Shown here one piece after another: positions 1 to 7,709 of a DNA stretch of 17,300 bases. The notes beneath the pieces are model-generated. The model was given only the letters and a program-made list of their open reading frames with translations, did not search any database and had not been told where the DNA came from. Origin of the DNA: a virus (Duplodnaviria > Heunggongvirae > Uroviricota > Caudoviricetes); the IMG/VR virus record IMGVR_UViG_2541047802_000012, positions 1-17,300 of that record. One strand, given 5' to 3'. Position numbers and translations under genes: made by a program. How positions within the stretch are numbered: position 1 is the first letter of the stretch; every line of letters starts with the position of its first letter.

Positions 1-255
1 CTGGGGCAGCCGTCCTCTCTGGCGGGTTACGGTATCGCTGAAAACGAACAGATGCCGGATATCGCCGCTGATGCGAAAGCCATTGCATTTGGTAACTTCA
101 AACGGGGTTACACCATCGTTGACCGTATCGGCACCCGCATTCTGCGTGACCCGTACACCAATAAACCGTTTGTCGGTTTTTATACCACCAAACGCACCGG
201 CGGCATGCTGGTCGATTCGCAGGCCATCAAACTGCTGAAGATTGCAGCGGCGTAA
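1..255 (+). CDS. major capsid protein, C-terminal fragment (HK97-fold family); 5' end lies outside the window
   Basis: Frame 1 is open from base 1 to TAA at 253-255. It sits directly upstream of connector and neck genes, and the translation (FGNFKRGYTIVDRIGTRI...GFYTTKRTGG) has the character of HK97-type capsid C-termini. Family assignment is from memory, not a search. Confidence 0.55.
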   Translation: MGQPSSLAGYGIAENEQMPDIAADAKAIAFGNFKRGYTIVDRIGTRILRDPYTNKPFVGFYTTKRTGGMLVDSQAIKLLKIAAA

Positions 256-263
256 TCATTCAG

Positions 264-283
264 GGGGCGCAGAAGTGCGCCCC
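264..283 (+). terminator. GC-rich stem-loop just after the capsid gene (8-bp stem GGGGCGCA/TGCGCCCC, GAAG loop); weak U-tract, so attenuator or mRNA 3' stabiliser rather than a strong terminator
   Basis: Inverted repeat 264-271 / 276-283 read directly from the sequence; followed by TGTTCTG, which is only weakly U-rich. Confidence 0.35.
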
Positions 284-305
284 TGTTCTGACAGGTGAAA
301 GAATC

Positions 306-494
306 ATGATCCTGAAACAAGATCTGAAATGGTCACCGGACGGTATGCGTGTTGAGATTATTCGGGCCGGTGAGTATGAAGATAAAGAATTACCCGAACG
401 GGTACGCGAAATTGCCACTGCAGCTGGGATTGTCTCTGATAAGAGAACACCTGTTGCGCGGGGGGCTGATAAGTCTAAAAAACAGCATTCATAG
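306..494 (+). CDS. hypothetical small protein (62 aa) between capsid and connector genes
   Basis: ATG at 306 preceded by GGTGA about 6 nt upstream; ORF ends at TAG 492-494, 11 nt before the next gene's start; co-oriented with the operon. No recognisable family. Confidence 0.45.
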   Translation: MILKQDLKWSPDGMRVEIIRAGEYEDKELPERVREIATAAGIVSDKRTPVARGADKSKKQHS

Positions 495-505
495 AGGTTG
501 CCCAA

Positions 506-811
506 ATGATGCCCACTCTGGAAGAGCTTCGTGTTCAGTGCCGGATTGATGATGACAATGAACAGGAGAATTCTCTTCTTATGATGTATCTGGCTGCCGC
601 CAGGGAAGAGGCTGAAAAGTTTTTAAACCGGACGCTTTACGATGAAACTGTTTCTGAGCAGGATACGACCGGGCTTGTAATAACACCTCTGATAAAACTG
701 CGTCTTATGCAACTGGTTGGCTACTGGTACGAGAACAGGGAAATGCAGGATGCAGTGCCTGATTTTTTCTATACCGGACTGCGGATGTATCGGTTTCATC
801 CCGGGACATAG
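506..811 (+). CDS. head-tail connector / DNA-packaging protein, phage gp6-like family
   Basis: ATG 506 with AGAGG 8 nt upstream. N-terminal LEELRVQCRIDDDNEQENSLLMMYLAAAREEAEKFLNRTL matches the hallmark pattern of gp6-like connector proteins (LRVd.dddd...aA.e.ae.y.gr.l). Position after the capsid gene is canonical. Confidence 0.7.
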   Translation: MMPTLEELRVQCRIDDDNEQENSLLMMYLAAAREEAEKFLNRTLYDETVSEQDTTGLVITPLIKLRLMQLVGYWYENREMQDAVPDFFYTGLRMYRFHPGT

Positions 812-819
812 GAGGATTC

Positions 820-1158
820 ATGCAGGCAGGAAGATTACGTGATCGTGTGGTTATTCTGAATGCCACCACCGTTCGGTCTCCATCAGGGCACCCTGTGGAA
901 ACAATGACGGAAGGGGCAACCATATGGGCAGAAGTTAAGGGGATCAGTGGCAGGGAGAGAATATCCGGAGGCGCAGAAACTGCTCAGGCTACAGTGAGGG
1001 TCTGGATGAGATTCCGGCGAGATGTGACAGCAACTTCATGTCTGAAAGTGCTGACTGGCGCATTCAAAGGCGCGATTCTGAGTATAGACGGTCCGCCGAT
1101 ACCGGATGCCCGTGCCACCCGGCTTGAGATACTCTGTTCTCAGAAGGGGAATGTGTGA
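820..1158 (+). CDS. head closure / head-tail joining protein (SPP1 gp16-like family)
   Basis: AGGAGG immediately upstream of ATG 820. Size (112 aa), position and sequence pattern (RVVILNATTV...GATIWAEVKGISGRE...ATVRVWMRFRRDV) fit the head-tail joining family. Confidence 0.65.
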   Translation: MQAGRLRDRVVILNATTVRSPSGHPVETMTEGATIWAEVKGISGRERISGGAETAQATVRVWMRFRRDVTATSCLKVLTGAFKGAILSIDGPPIPDARATRLEILCSQKGNV

Positions 1159-1604
1159 TGGATTTCAGTCTTGATTTTTCAGGTCTGGCGGATATTGCAC
1201 GGGATCTGGAGACGCTCAGCAGGGCAGAAAACAATAAGGTGCTGCGCGATGCCACCCGTGCCGGTGCTGAAGTTATGCGGGATGCAGTTGTTGAACGTGC
1301 GCCGGAGCGAACCGGGAAACTGAAGAAAAATGTGGTTGTTCTCACTCAGCGTTCAAAGCGTCGGGGGGAAATTATCTCGGGTGTCCACATTCGTGGACGG
1401 AACCTGCGAACCGGAAACAGTGATAACAGCATGAAAGCCAGCGATCCCCGAAATGCGTTTTACTGGCGCTTTGTGGAGCTGGGAACGATAAACATGCCCG
1501 CGCATCCGTTCATTCGCCCGGCTTTCGATACGACAGAGGAACTGGCAGCACAGATTGCCATACAGCGAATGAATCAGGCTATTGATGAGGTCTTAAGTAA
1601 ATGA
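1158..1604 (+). CDS. HK97 gp10-family neck / tail-completion protein
   Basis: ATG 1158 overlaps the upstream stop (TGATG). C-terminal motif FYWRFVELGTINMPAHPFIRPAFD matches the conserved signature of the HK97 gp10 family. The ORF track's 1155 start is a GTG one codon upstream. Confidence 0.7.
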   Translation: MDFSLDFSGLADIARDLETLSRAENNKVLRDATRAGAEVMRDAVVERAPERTGKLKKNVVVLTQRSKRRGEIISGVHIRGRNLRTGNSDNSMKASDPRNAFYWRFVELGTINMPAHPFIRPAFDTTEELAAQIAIQRMNQAIDEVLSK

Positions 1605-1945
1605 GAGAGACCACACTGTATTCCCTGCTGTCTCAACTGGCCGGAGGACAGGTTTATCCTTATGTGGTCCCGCTGACGGAGGGAAAGCCTGCGGTATCTC
1701 CGCCATGGCTGGTGTTTTCTGTGGTGTCTGACACGGCATCTGATGTGCTTGATGGTCAGGCTGAATCAAGAATTACCGTGCAGATCGATGTCTGGGCGAC
1801 AGTACCTGATGACGCAGATGATATCCGTGAGCAGGCGCTTGATGCGGTAAGGCAACTGGCACCCTCCGTTATTTCTAAAACGCAGGGTTATGATCCTGAT
1901 TCCCGTCTGAGCAGAGCCACGCTTGAATTTCAGGTAATAGCCTGA
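1601..1945 (+). CDS. tail terminator / tail completion protein (DUF3168-like)
   Basis: ATGA overlap with the preceding gene, 114 aa, located immediately before the major tail gene; sequence character is consistent with the DUF3168 family, but this is a memory-based assignment. Confidence 0.5.
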   Translation: MRETTLYSLLSQLAGGQVYPYVVPLTEGKPAVSPPWLVFSVVSDTASDVLDGQAESRITVQIDVWATVPDDADDIREQALDAVRQLAPSVISKTQGYDPDSRLSRATLEFQVIA

Positions 1946-1965
1946 GATCGTTAATGATTTTACCC

Positions 1966-1993
1966 ACCCGCCGCTGGCGGGTTTTTTTATTTT
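1966..1993 (+). terminator. intrinsic-terminator-like hairpin (CCCGCC-GCT-GGCGGG) followed by T7-A-T4, immediately upstream of the major tail gene
   Basis: Stem 1967-1972 / 1976-1981 with a 3-nt loop, then TTTTTTTATTTT at 1982-1993; read directly from the sequence. Confidence 0.55.
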
Positions 1994-2005
1994 CAGGAGA
2001 CGAGT

Positions 2006-2710
2006 ATGTCCTCTAATTTTGAACGTTCTCAGCAGACCAAAGTCATGATCTCGTCTGCACCGGTAACGGCAGAAACGCTGAGTTCTGCCAGTTTTCTTGA
2101 ACTGAGCTGTACGATTAAAGAGGTTCAGTTTACCGCCGGGCAGAAACAGGATATTGATGTCACCACGCTGTGTTCTGTTGAGCAGGAAAATATTAACGGT
2201 CTTGGTGCCGCGTCAGAGATTTCCATGTCAGGCAACTTTTATCTGAATGCTGCCCAGAACGCGTTGCGCAGTGCCTATGACAATGACACCACGTATGGCT
2301 TTAAAGTTATTTTTCCGTCAGGCAACGGATTTACCTTTATGGCAGAGGTGCGTCAGCATACCTGGTCTGCAGGAACCAATGGAGTTGTGGCTGCAACGTT
2401 TTCCCTGCGCCTGAAAGGTAAACCTGTACTGACGACAGAGCCACTGAAAGTGAAGGTCGATTTAAACAGCACGCTGCAGGTTTCTGCCGGAGCGAAACTC
2501 GAAATGGTGGTTGAGGCTGCCGGTGGTGTGCCGCCTTATTCTTATGTCTGGAAGAAAGGTGGTTCTCCTGTTTCCGGACAGACGGCGGCAACGTTCAGTA
2601 AGGCATCAGCAGCATCCGGTGATGCCGGTGCGTATACCTGCGAGATTTCTGATTCAGCAAGCCCGGTTAGCAAGGTGACCTCCACTTCCTGCACTGTTAC
2701 CGTCAGTTAA
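2006..2710 (+). CDS. major tail (tube) protein with C-terminal Ig-like domain
   Basis: AGGAGA 5 nt upstream of ATG 2006. The C-terminal ~90 aa (PPYSYVWKKGG...GDAGAYTCEISD...CTVTV) is a textbook Ig-like fold signature, as found appended to many siphovirus tail tube proteins. Position immediately before the G/GT chaperone pair. Confidence 0.75.
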   Translation: MSSNFERSQQTKVMISSAPVTAETLSSASFLELSCTIKEVQFTAGQKQDIDVTTLCSVEQENINGLGAASEISMSGNFYLNAAQNALRSAYDNDTTYGFKVIFPSGNGFTFMAEVRQHTWSAGTNGVVAATFSLRLKGKPVLTTEPLKVKVDLNSTLQVSAGAKLEMVVEAAGGVPPYSYVWKKGGSPVSGQTAATFSKASAASGDAGAYTCEISDSASPVSKVTSTSCTVTVS

Positions 2711-2724
2711 TGAGGATAGATGTG

Positions 2725-3096
2725 ATGACTAAAAATATCCGTAATCTGGCACTGGCAACGATGTCGGGGTTTCGCCATAAAACTGTTGATGTGCCTGAAT
2801 GGGAAGGGGCAACGGTTGTATTACGGGAACCTTCTGCAGAAGCCTGGTTGCGCTGGCAGGAGATCGTTAAAGCAAAAGATGATGAGACACCGTTATCCGT
2901 TGCGGAGCGCGCCCGCCGAAATCTGGAGGCAGATGTTGAACTGTTCATTGATGTTCTGTGTGATACCGGACTGCAACCTGTATTTTCAGAGGATGATCGT
3001 GAACAGGTGATTGCCGTGTATGGCCCGGTGCATGCGCGGCTTCTTCGGCAGTCTCTGGAACTGATCAGTGATGCCGGTGAGGTTAAAAAAAAGTAG
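2725..3096 (+). CDS. tail assembly chaperone G (short, zero-frame product)
   Basis: Located between the major tail and tape measure genes and ends in a slippery A8G run directly before its stop. GAGGA at 2712-2716 is well spaced for ATG 2725; the ORF track's 2710 start (TAATG overlap) lacks a Shine-Dalgarno but cannot be excluded. Confidence 0.7.
   Translation: MTKNIRNLALATMSGFRHKTVDVPEWEGATVVLREPSAEAWLRWQEIVKAKDDETPLSVAERARRNLEADVELFIDVLCDTGLQPVFSEDDREQVIAVYGPVHARLLRQSLELISDAGEVKKK
3087..3093 (+). other. -1 programmed ribosomal frameshift site A_AAA_AAG joining G to T
   Basis: The heptamer is in the zero frame of G (codons AAA 3088-3090, AAG 3091-3093), one codon before the TAG stop. The -1 frame from 3093 is open (GTA GCG CTT CCG GGG ATG...) and is the frame of ORF 3108-3398. 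A_AAA_AAG is the same slippery heptamer used in E. coli dnaX. Confidence 0.7.
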
Positions 3097-3398
3097 CGCT
3101 TCCGGGGATGCGTTTTCTGATGATGCTGGCGCTCAGGATGGGGCGCACATTGTCAGAGTTACGCCGGGAAATGTCCGCATCAGAAATCATGATGTGGGCA
3201 GAATTTGACAGGTTCAGCCCGCTGGGTGACGAGCGGGCTGATATCCGGGCTGCCCAGATAGTTTCTGCGGTTTACGGTGCGCAGGGTGTCAAAGTCCCAC
3301 TGAATGATGCGCTTCTTCAGTGGGAGAAGGAGCAGACAGAAGGCGTATCAGATCCATTTGCCGGACTGGAAAACGCGCTTTTAATAGTGTCTCAGTGA
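3093..3398 (+). CDS. T segment of the G-T frameshift fusion chaperone (expressed as 2725..3092 plus 3093..3398 after the -1 shift)
   Basis: -1 frame ORF with no independent Shine-Dalgarno. Motif EIMMWAEFDRFSPLGDERADIRAAQI resembles the T domain of lambda-type GT proteins. Conserved G/GT architecture upstream of the tape measure gene. Confidence 0.65.
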   Translation, partial: VALPGMRFLMMLALRMGRTLSELRREMSASEIMMWAEFDRFSPLGDERADIRAAQIVSAVYGAQGVKVPLNDALLQWEKEQTEGVSDPFAGLENALLIVSQ

Positions 3399-3407
3399 GT
3401 CAACATA

Positions 3408-3430
3408 ACCGCTTCGGCGGTTTTTTTTTC
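3408..3430 (+). terminator. intrinsic-terminator-like hairpin (ACCGC-TTCG-GCGGT) plus T9, immediately upstream of the tape measure gene
   Basis: 5-bp GC-rich stem with a TTCG tetraloop at 3408-3421, followed by nine T at 3421-3429; read directly. Confidence 0.55.
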
Positions 3431-3439
3431 GTCCGGAGA

Positions 3440-6400
3440 ATGAGTGTGGCGACATTACGTGAACTGATTATTAAAATCTCGGCAAATTCCCGGTCATTCC
3501 AGTCAGAGATCTCCCGGGCTTCGCGTATGGGGCAGGATTACTACCGTACCATGCAGAACGGAGGCCGGCAGTCCGCTGCTGCATCCCGTGAAATGCGGCG
3601 TGCACTGGCAGAAGTGACGGATCAGATAAATACAGCTAAATCTTCGGCACTGAATATGGCGGGGGCATTTGCCGGAGCTTTTGCTACCGGTCATCTTATT
3701 TCTCTCGCCGATGAGTGGAATTCAGTAAATGCCCGTCTGAAGCAGGCTTCACAGTCCAGTGATGATTTTCAGGTATCACAACGTGAATTAATGGCAATCA
3801 GCCAGAGAACGGGAACGGCGTTTTCTGATAACGCCAGCCTTTTTGCCCGCTCTGCAGCTTCCATGCGGGAGTATGGCTACAGTTCTGAGGAGGTACTGAA
3901 AGTCACCGAGGCGATCTCCACGGGCCTGAAATTATCCGGTGCCAGTACAGCAGAAGCCAGTTCGGTGATCACGCAGTTCAGTCAGGCACTGGCGCAGGGA
4001 GTGCTGCGCGGTGAAGAATTTAACTCTGTGAATGAGAACGGCGATCGTGTTATTCGTGCGCTGGCTGCGGGAATGGGTGTTACCCGTAAGGATCTGAAGG
4101 CCATGGCGGATAACGGAAAACTGACCGCCGATAAGGTTGTTCCTGCACTGATTAGTCAGCTTGGGGCGTTGCGTGATGAATATGCAGCAATGCCTGATAC
4201 TGTTTCATCCTCTGCAACCAAAGTTGAAAACGCCTTTATGGCCTGGGTTGGTGGTGCGAACGAGGCAAGCGGAGTGACAAAGACACTCACCGGGGTGTTG
4301 AATGGTGTTGCAGACAATATTGATACCGTGGCTGCTGCAGCTGGCGCACTGGTTGCCGTCGGGGTAGCCCGATATTTTGGCAATATGGCGTCGTCTGCTG
4401 GATCTGCAACTGCCGGATTAATTACTGCAGCCAGAAACGAAGTGGCTCTTGCTGAAGCGCAACTTCGGGGGACTCAGATAGCAACCGCCAGGGCGCGTGC
4501 GGCGGTTTATCGTGCGCAACAGGCGGTTGTTGCTGCTCGCGGTACCGAAAGGCAGGCCGCAGCAGAAGCGAAGCTGACAGCTGCCCAGGCGTCACTTACC
4601 CGTAATATTGCGGCCAGAACAGCGGCACAGACAACGCTGAATACTGTCACGTCAGTGGGGAGTCGTCTGTTAAGTGGTGCGCTGGGGTTGGTTGGTGGTG
4701 TGCCGGGACTCGTCATGCTGGGGGCGACGGCCTGGTACACGATGTATCAGAATCAGGAGCAGGCCAGAGAATCTGCACGCCAGTATGCCGCAACAATCGA
4801 CGAAATTCGCCAGAAAACGTCGGCAATGTCGCTTCCTGAAGCGTCAGATAATGAGGAAAAGACGCGGCAGGCACTTGATGAGCAAAACAGGTTAATTGAC
4901 GAGCAGAAAAGTAAGATTAAATCCTTACAGGAAAAAATTGCTGGCTATCAGTATGTGCTGGCAAACCCGGGCTGGACAACCGATAACGGTTTTATGATTA
5001 ACCACATGACGTCGGTAAAAACTGTCACAGAAGGGCTTGCAGAAGCAACAAATCAACTGGCAGTTGAACAGTCCCGTCTCACACAAATGCAGGGCAAAGC
5101 GCAATCCATTCAGGATGTGCTTGCCGGGTTGGAGGAGCGACGGGTGGCGTTGATCCGTCAACAGGCCGCTGAACAAAACAAAGCGTATCAGTCCCTGTTG
5201 ATCATGAATGGGCAGCATACCGAGTTTAATCGCCTTCTCGGGCTCGGTAATGAATTACTTCAGCAGCGACAGGGGCTGGTGAATGTACCGTTACGGCTAC
5301 CACAGGCAACCCTGGATGATAAACAGCAGACTGCACTGAATAACAGCGAGCGCGAACTGGCTCTGTCCCGCCTGAAGGGGGAGGCCCGTGAGCGTGCCCG
5401 CCTGGGTTATGCTGCGGATGATCTCGGCTTTGTGGGAGAGGCGTATCAGACAGCCAGACAGAATTATATCAATAACTCACTGGATGCCTGGCGAAATAAC
5501 CAGGCAAATAAACCCAAAGCGCATAAAAAGACCGAAGCGGAAAAAACAGAAGATATTTATAAACGGCTGATTAAACAGCAAAAAGAACAAATAGCACTGG
5601 CAGGGCAGAATACTGAACTGGCTAAGATGAAATATCAGGTCAGTCAGGGCGAATTATCAACCCTGTCAGAAGCGCAGAAAAAAACGCTTTTGCAGAATGC
5701 AGCACTCATCGACCAGAAAAAGATTCGTGAGCAGCTTGCTGCGTATGAGAGCAGTCTGGCGGACAGTAATGCCAGTGCCCGGGCATCTGACGAAGCGCAG
5801 TTGTTGGGATATGGTGAAGGCTCACGGATGCGTGAACGACTCCAGGAAATGTGGAGTATCCGGCAGGCGTTTGAGCAGAAAAATAACGAGCTGCTGAGAC
5901 AGTATCAGGCCGGAGAAATTGAAGAAGCCCTGTGGAAACAGGAGAAAGAACTGAATAAAAAATATCTGGAAGAGCGTCTCAGCGATCAGCAGGATTATTA
6001 TGCAAAGGCCGATGCTTTACGTAATAACTGGAATGCCGGACTCCAGGAGGGACTGACCAACTGGGCAGACAGTGCCACCGATTATGCTTCACAGGCGGCA
6101 GATGCTGTCGTTTCTACGATGGACGGGCTGGTATCAAATATTTCCGATGCACTGGCCGGGAATGTTGTGGACTGGAGGAACTGGGGGAGTTCAGTTCTCC
6201 GGGAAGTTTCAAAAATTCTGATGAATGCAGCCATTGTTAACGGACTGAAATCACTCTCCGGTGCCGGAGGGTGGCTTGGTACGGTCGGCGGATGGATTTC
6301 GGGGGCAGTGGCAAACGCAAAAGGTGGTGTTTACACATCGGCAAATCTGAGTGCTTACAGTAACACTATTGTGGATACACCGACGTATTTTGCTTTTGCG

Positions 6401-6673
6401 AAAGGTGCCGGGTTGATGGGCGAGGCCGGGCCTGAAGCAATCATGCCACTGACACGGGCAGCGGACGGCTCTCTTGGGGTCAGGGCCATTGGAAATGTGA
6501 ATGGTGGCGGTGGATTTGTTTATTCTCCCGTGTATCACATCAGCATTCAGAATCAAGGGAGCAATGGCGAGATAGATGCGCGCTCAGCCAGGGGACTGGT
6601 GGATCTGATCGACAGCAGGGTTGTGTCAATTATGCAGTCATCGCGTCGGGATGGAGGATTGTACAGTGCCTGA
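3440..6673 (+). CDS. tail tape measure protein (about 1077 aa)
   Basis: Very long Ala/Gln/Glu-rich helical ORF in the canonical position. The N-terminal ~250 aa matches the conserved tape-measure N-terminal domain pattern, and the C-terminal region (LRNNWNAGLQEGLTNWADSATD...RDGGLYSA) resembles the lambda H C-terminus as I recall it. Start set at ATG 3440 (GTG 3446 is an alternative) because the 3320 extension overlaps T and runs through the terminator hairpin. Confidence 0.85.
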   Translation: MSVATLRELIIKISANSRSFQSEISRASRMGQDYYRTMQNGGRQSAAASREMRRALAEVTDQINTAKSSALNMAGAFAGAFATGHLISLADEWNSVNARLKQASQSSDDFQVSQRELMAISQRTGTAFSDNASLFARSAASMREYGYSSEEVLKVTEAISTGLKLSGASTAEASSVITQFSQALAQGVLRGEEFNSVNENGDRVIRALAAGMGVTRKDLKAMADNGKLTADKVVPALISQLGALRDEYAAMPDTVSSSATKVENAFMAWVGGANEASGVTKTLTGVLNGVADNIDTVAAAAGALVAVGVARYFGNMASSAGSATAGLITAARNEVALAEAQLRGTQIATARARAAVYRAQQAVVAARGTERQAAAEAKLTAAQASLTRNIAARTAAQTTLNTVTSVGSRLLSGALGLVGGVPGLVMLGATAWYTMYQNQEQARESARQYAATIDEIRQKTSAMSLPEASDNEEKTRQALDEQNRLIDEQKSKIKSLQEKIAGYQYVLANPGWTTDNGFMINHMTSVKTVTEGLAEATNQLAVEQSRLTQMQGKAQSIQDVLAGLEERRVALIRQQAAEQNKAYQSLLIMNGQHTEFNRLLGLGNELLQQRQGLVNVPLRLPQATLDDKQQTALNNSERELALSRLKGEARERARLGYAADDLGFVGEAYQTARQNYINNSLDAWRNNQANKPKAHKKTEAEKTEDIYKRLIKQQKEQIALAGQNTELAKMKYQVSQGELSTLSEAQKKTLLQNAALIDQKKIREQLAAYESSLADSNASARASDEAQLLGYGEGSRMRERLQEMWSIRQAFEQKNNELLRQYQAGEIEEALWKQEKELNKKYLEERLSDQQDYYAKADALRNNWNAGLQEGLTNWADSATDYASQAADAVVSTMDGLVSNISDALAGNVVDWRNWGSSVLREVSKILMNAAIVNGLKSLSGAGGWLGTVGGWISGAVANAKGGVYTSANLSAYSNTIVDTPTYFAFAKGAGLMGEAGPEAIMPLTRAADGSLGVRAIGNVNGGGGFVYSPVYHISIQNQGSNGEIDARSARGLVDLIDSRVVSIMQSSRRDGGLYSA

Positions 6674-7007
6674 GCCTGAAGTTTTTAACTGGATCCCCCG
6701 AGAGGGGATGGAGACGACACGAAAGCCATCAGTTATTACGGTAAAGTTTGGTGACGGATATGAACAGCGACGGGCTGGTGGTCTGAATGCGGATCTGAAA
6801 ACGTTTAAACCGGTATTTCGTGTCACAGATGAATATTCCCGTGCCGCGCTGGACAGTTTTTTATCCCGTCATGCCGGGATTCGTGCTTTTTTGTGGCGTC
6901 CGCCAAAACACAACAGGACTGTCCGGGTTGTCTGCAGGGAGTGGAGCATTTCGGATAATGCCATGTATACCGATTTTAACTGTACCTTTGAAGAGGTCAC
7001 TCACTGA
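6666..7007 (+). CDS. M: minor tail protein M
   Basis: FGDGYEQRRAGGLNADLKTF and the C-terminal region align with lambda gpM as I recall it. GTG 6666 has GGAGGA 7 nt upstream and gives the same N-terminal length as lambda M; ATG 6651 is an alternative. Confidence 0.8.
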   Translation: MPEPEVFNWIPREGMETTRKPSVITVKFGDGYEQRRAGGLNADLKTFKPVFRVTDEYSRAALDSFLSRHAGIRAFLWRPPKHNRTVRVVCREWSISDNAMYTDFNCTFEEVTH

Positions 7008-7705
7008 TGCAGGATATACAGCAGGAAACACTCAATGAGTGCACTAAAACGGAGCAATCCGCGCTGGTCGTGCTCTGGGAAATTGATCTGACAGAGGTCG
7101 GCGGAGATCGTTATTTCTTCTGTAATGAGCAGAACGAAAAAGGTGAACCAGTCACCTGGCAGGGGCGGCAGTATCAGGCTTATCCCATTCAGGGAAGCGG
7201 ATTTGAGATGAACGGCAAAGGAGCCAGTGCAAGGCCAACGCTTAAAGTCTCTAATCTGTACGGCATGGTCACCGGGATGGCGGAAGACCTGCAGAGTCTG
7301 GTCGGCGGAACGGTGGTCAGGCGTAAGGTTTACGCCCGTTTTCTGGATACGGTGAACTTCGTCAACGGAAACAGCGACGCCGATCCGGAGCAGGAGGTGA
7401 TCAGCCGCTGGCGCATCGAGCAGTGCAGCGAACTGAGTGCGGTCAGTGCCTCCTTTGTGCTCTCCACACCGACGGAAACGGATGGTGCTGTTTTTCCGGG
7501 GCGCATCATGCTGGCCAACACCTGCACCTGGACCTATCGCGGTGATGAGTGCGGTTATCATGGTCCGGCGGTCGCGGATGAATATGACCAGCCGACGTCC
7601 GATATCACGAAGGATAAATGCAGCAAATGCCTGAGCGGCTGTAAGTTTCGCAATAACGTCGGCAACTTTGGCGGCTTCCTTTCCATTAACAAACTTTCGC
7701 AGTAA
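7007..7705 (+). CDS. L: minor tail protein L (tail tip, conserved Cys cluster)
   Basis: 232-aa product that is near-identical along its length to lambda gpL as I remember it (MQDI.QETLNECT...CSKCLSGCKFRNNVGNFGGFLSINKLSQ). ATGA overlap with M. Confidence 0.9.
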   Translation: MQDIQQETLNECTKTEQSALVVLWEIDLTEVGGDRYFFCNEQNEKGEPVTWQGRQYQAYPIQGSGFEMNGKGASARPTLKVSNLYGMVTGMAEDLQSLVGGTVVRRKVYARFLDTVNFVNGNSDADPEQEVISRWRIEQCSELSAVSASFVLSTPTETDGAVFPGRIMLANTCTWTYRGDECGYHGPAVADEYDQPTSDITKDKCSKCLSGCKFRNNVGNFGGFLSINKLSQ

Positions 7706-7709
7706 TCCC

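Noticed and set aside
260-505. 81-aa minus-strand ORF opposite the small + strand ORF at 306-494
   Set aside because: Opposite to the operon orientation, spans the hairpin and the downstream gene start, and has no start context; the + strand ORF is better supported.
3320-3439. Upstream extension of the tape measure ORF (start at 3320 in the ORF track)
   Set aside because: The extension overlaps the T reading frame and is translated through the terminator hairpin and T9 run. A start at ATG 3440 or GTG 3446 after the hairpin is more plausible.
6774-6781. Chi octamer GCTGGTGG within M
   Set aside because: A single occurrence of an 8-mer that is common in enterobacterial DNA; I cannot assess enrichment or orientation bias without counting across a larger region.
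7668-7709. Upstream extension of K from 7668
   Set aside because: It would overlap the end of L; ATG 7710 follows the L stop and matches the lambda-like N-terminus MTQTESAIL.
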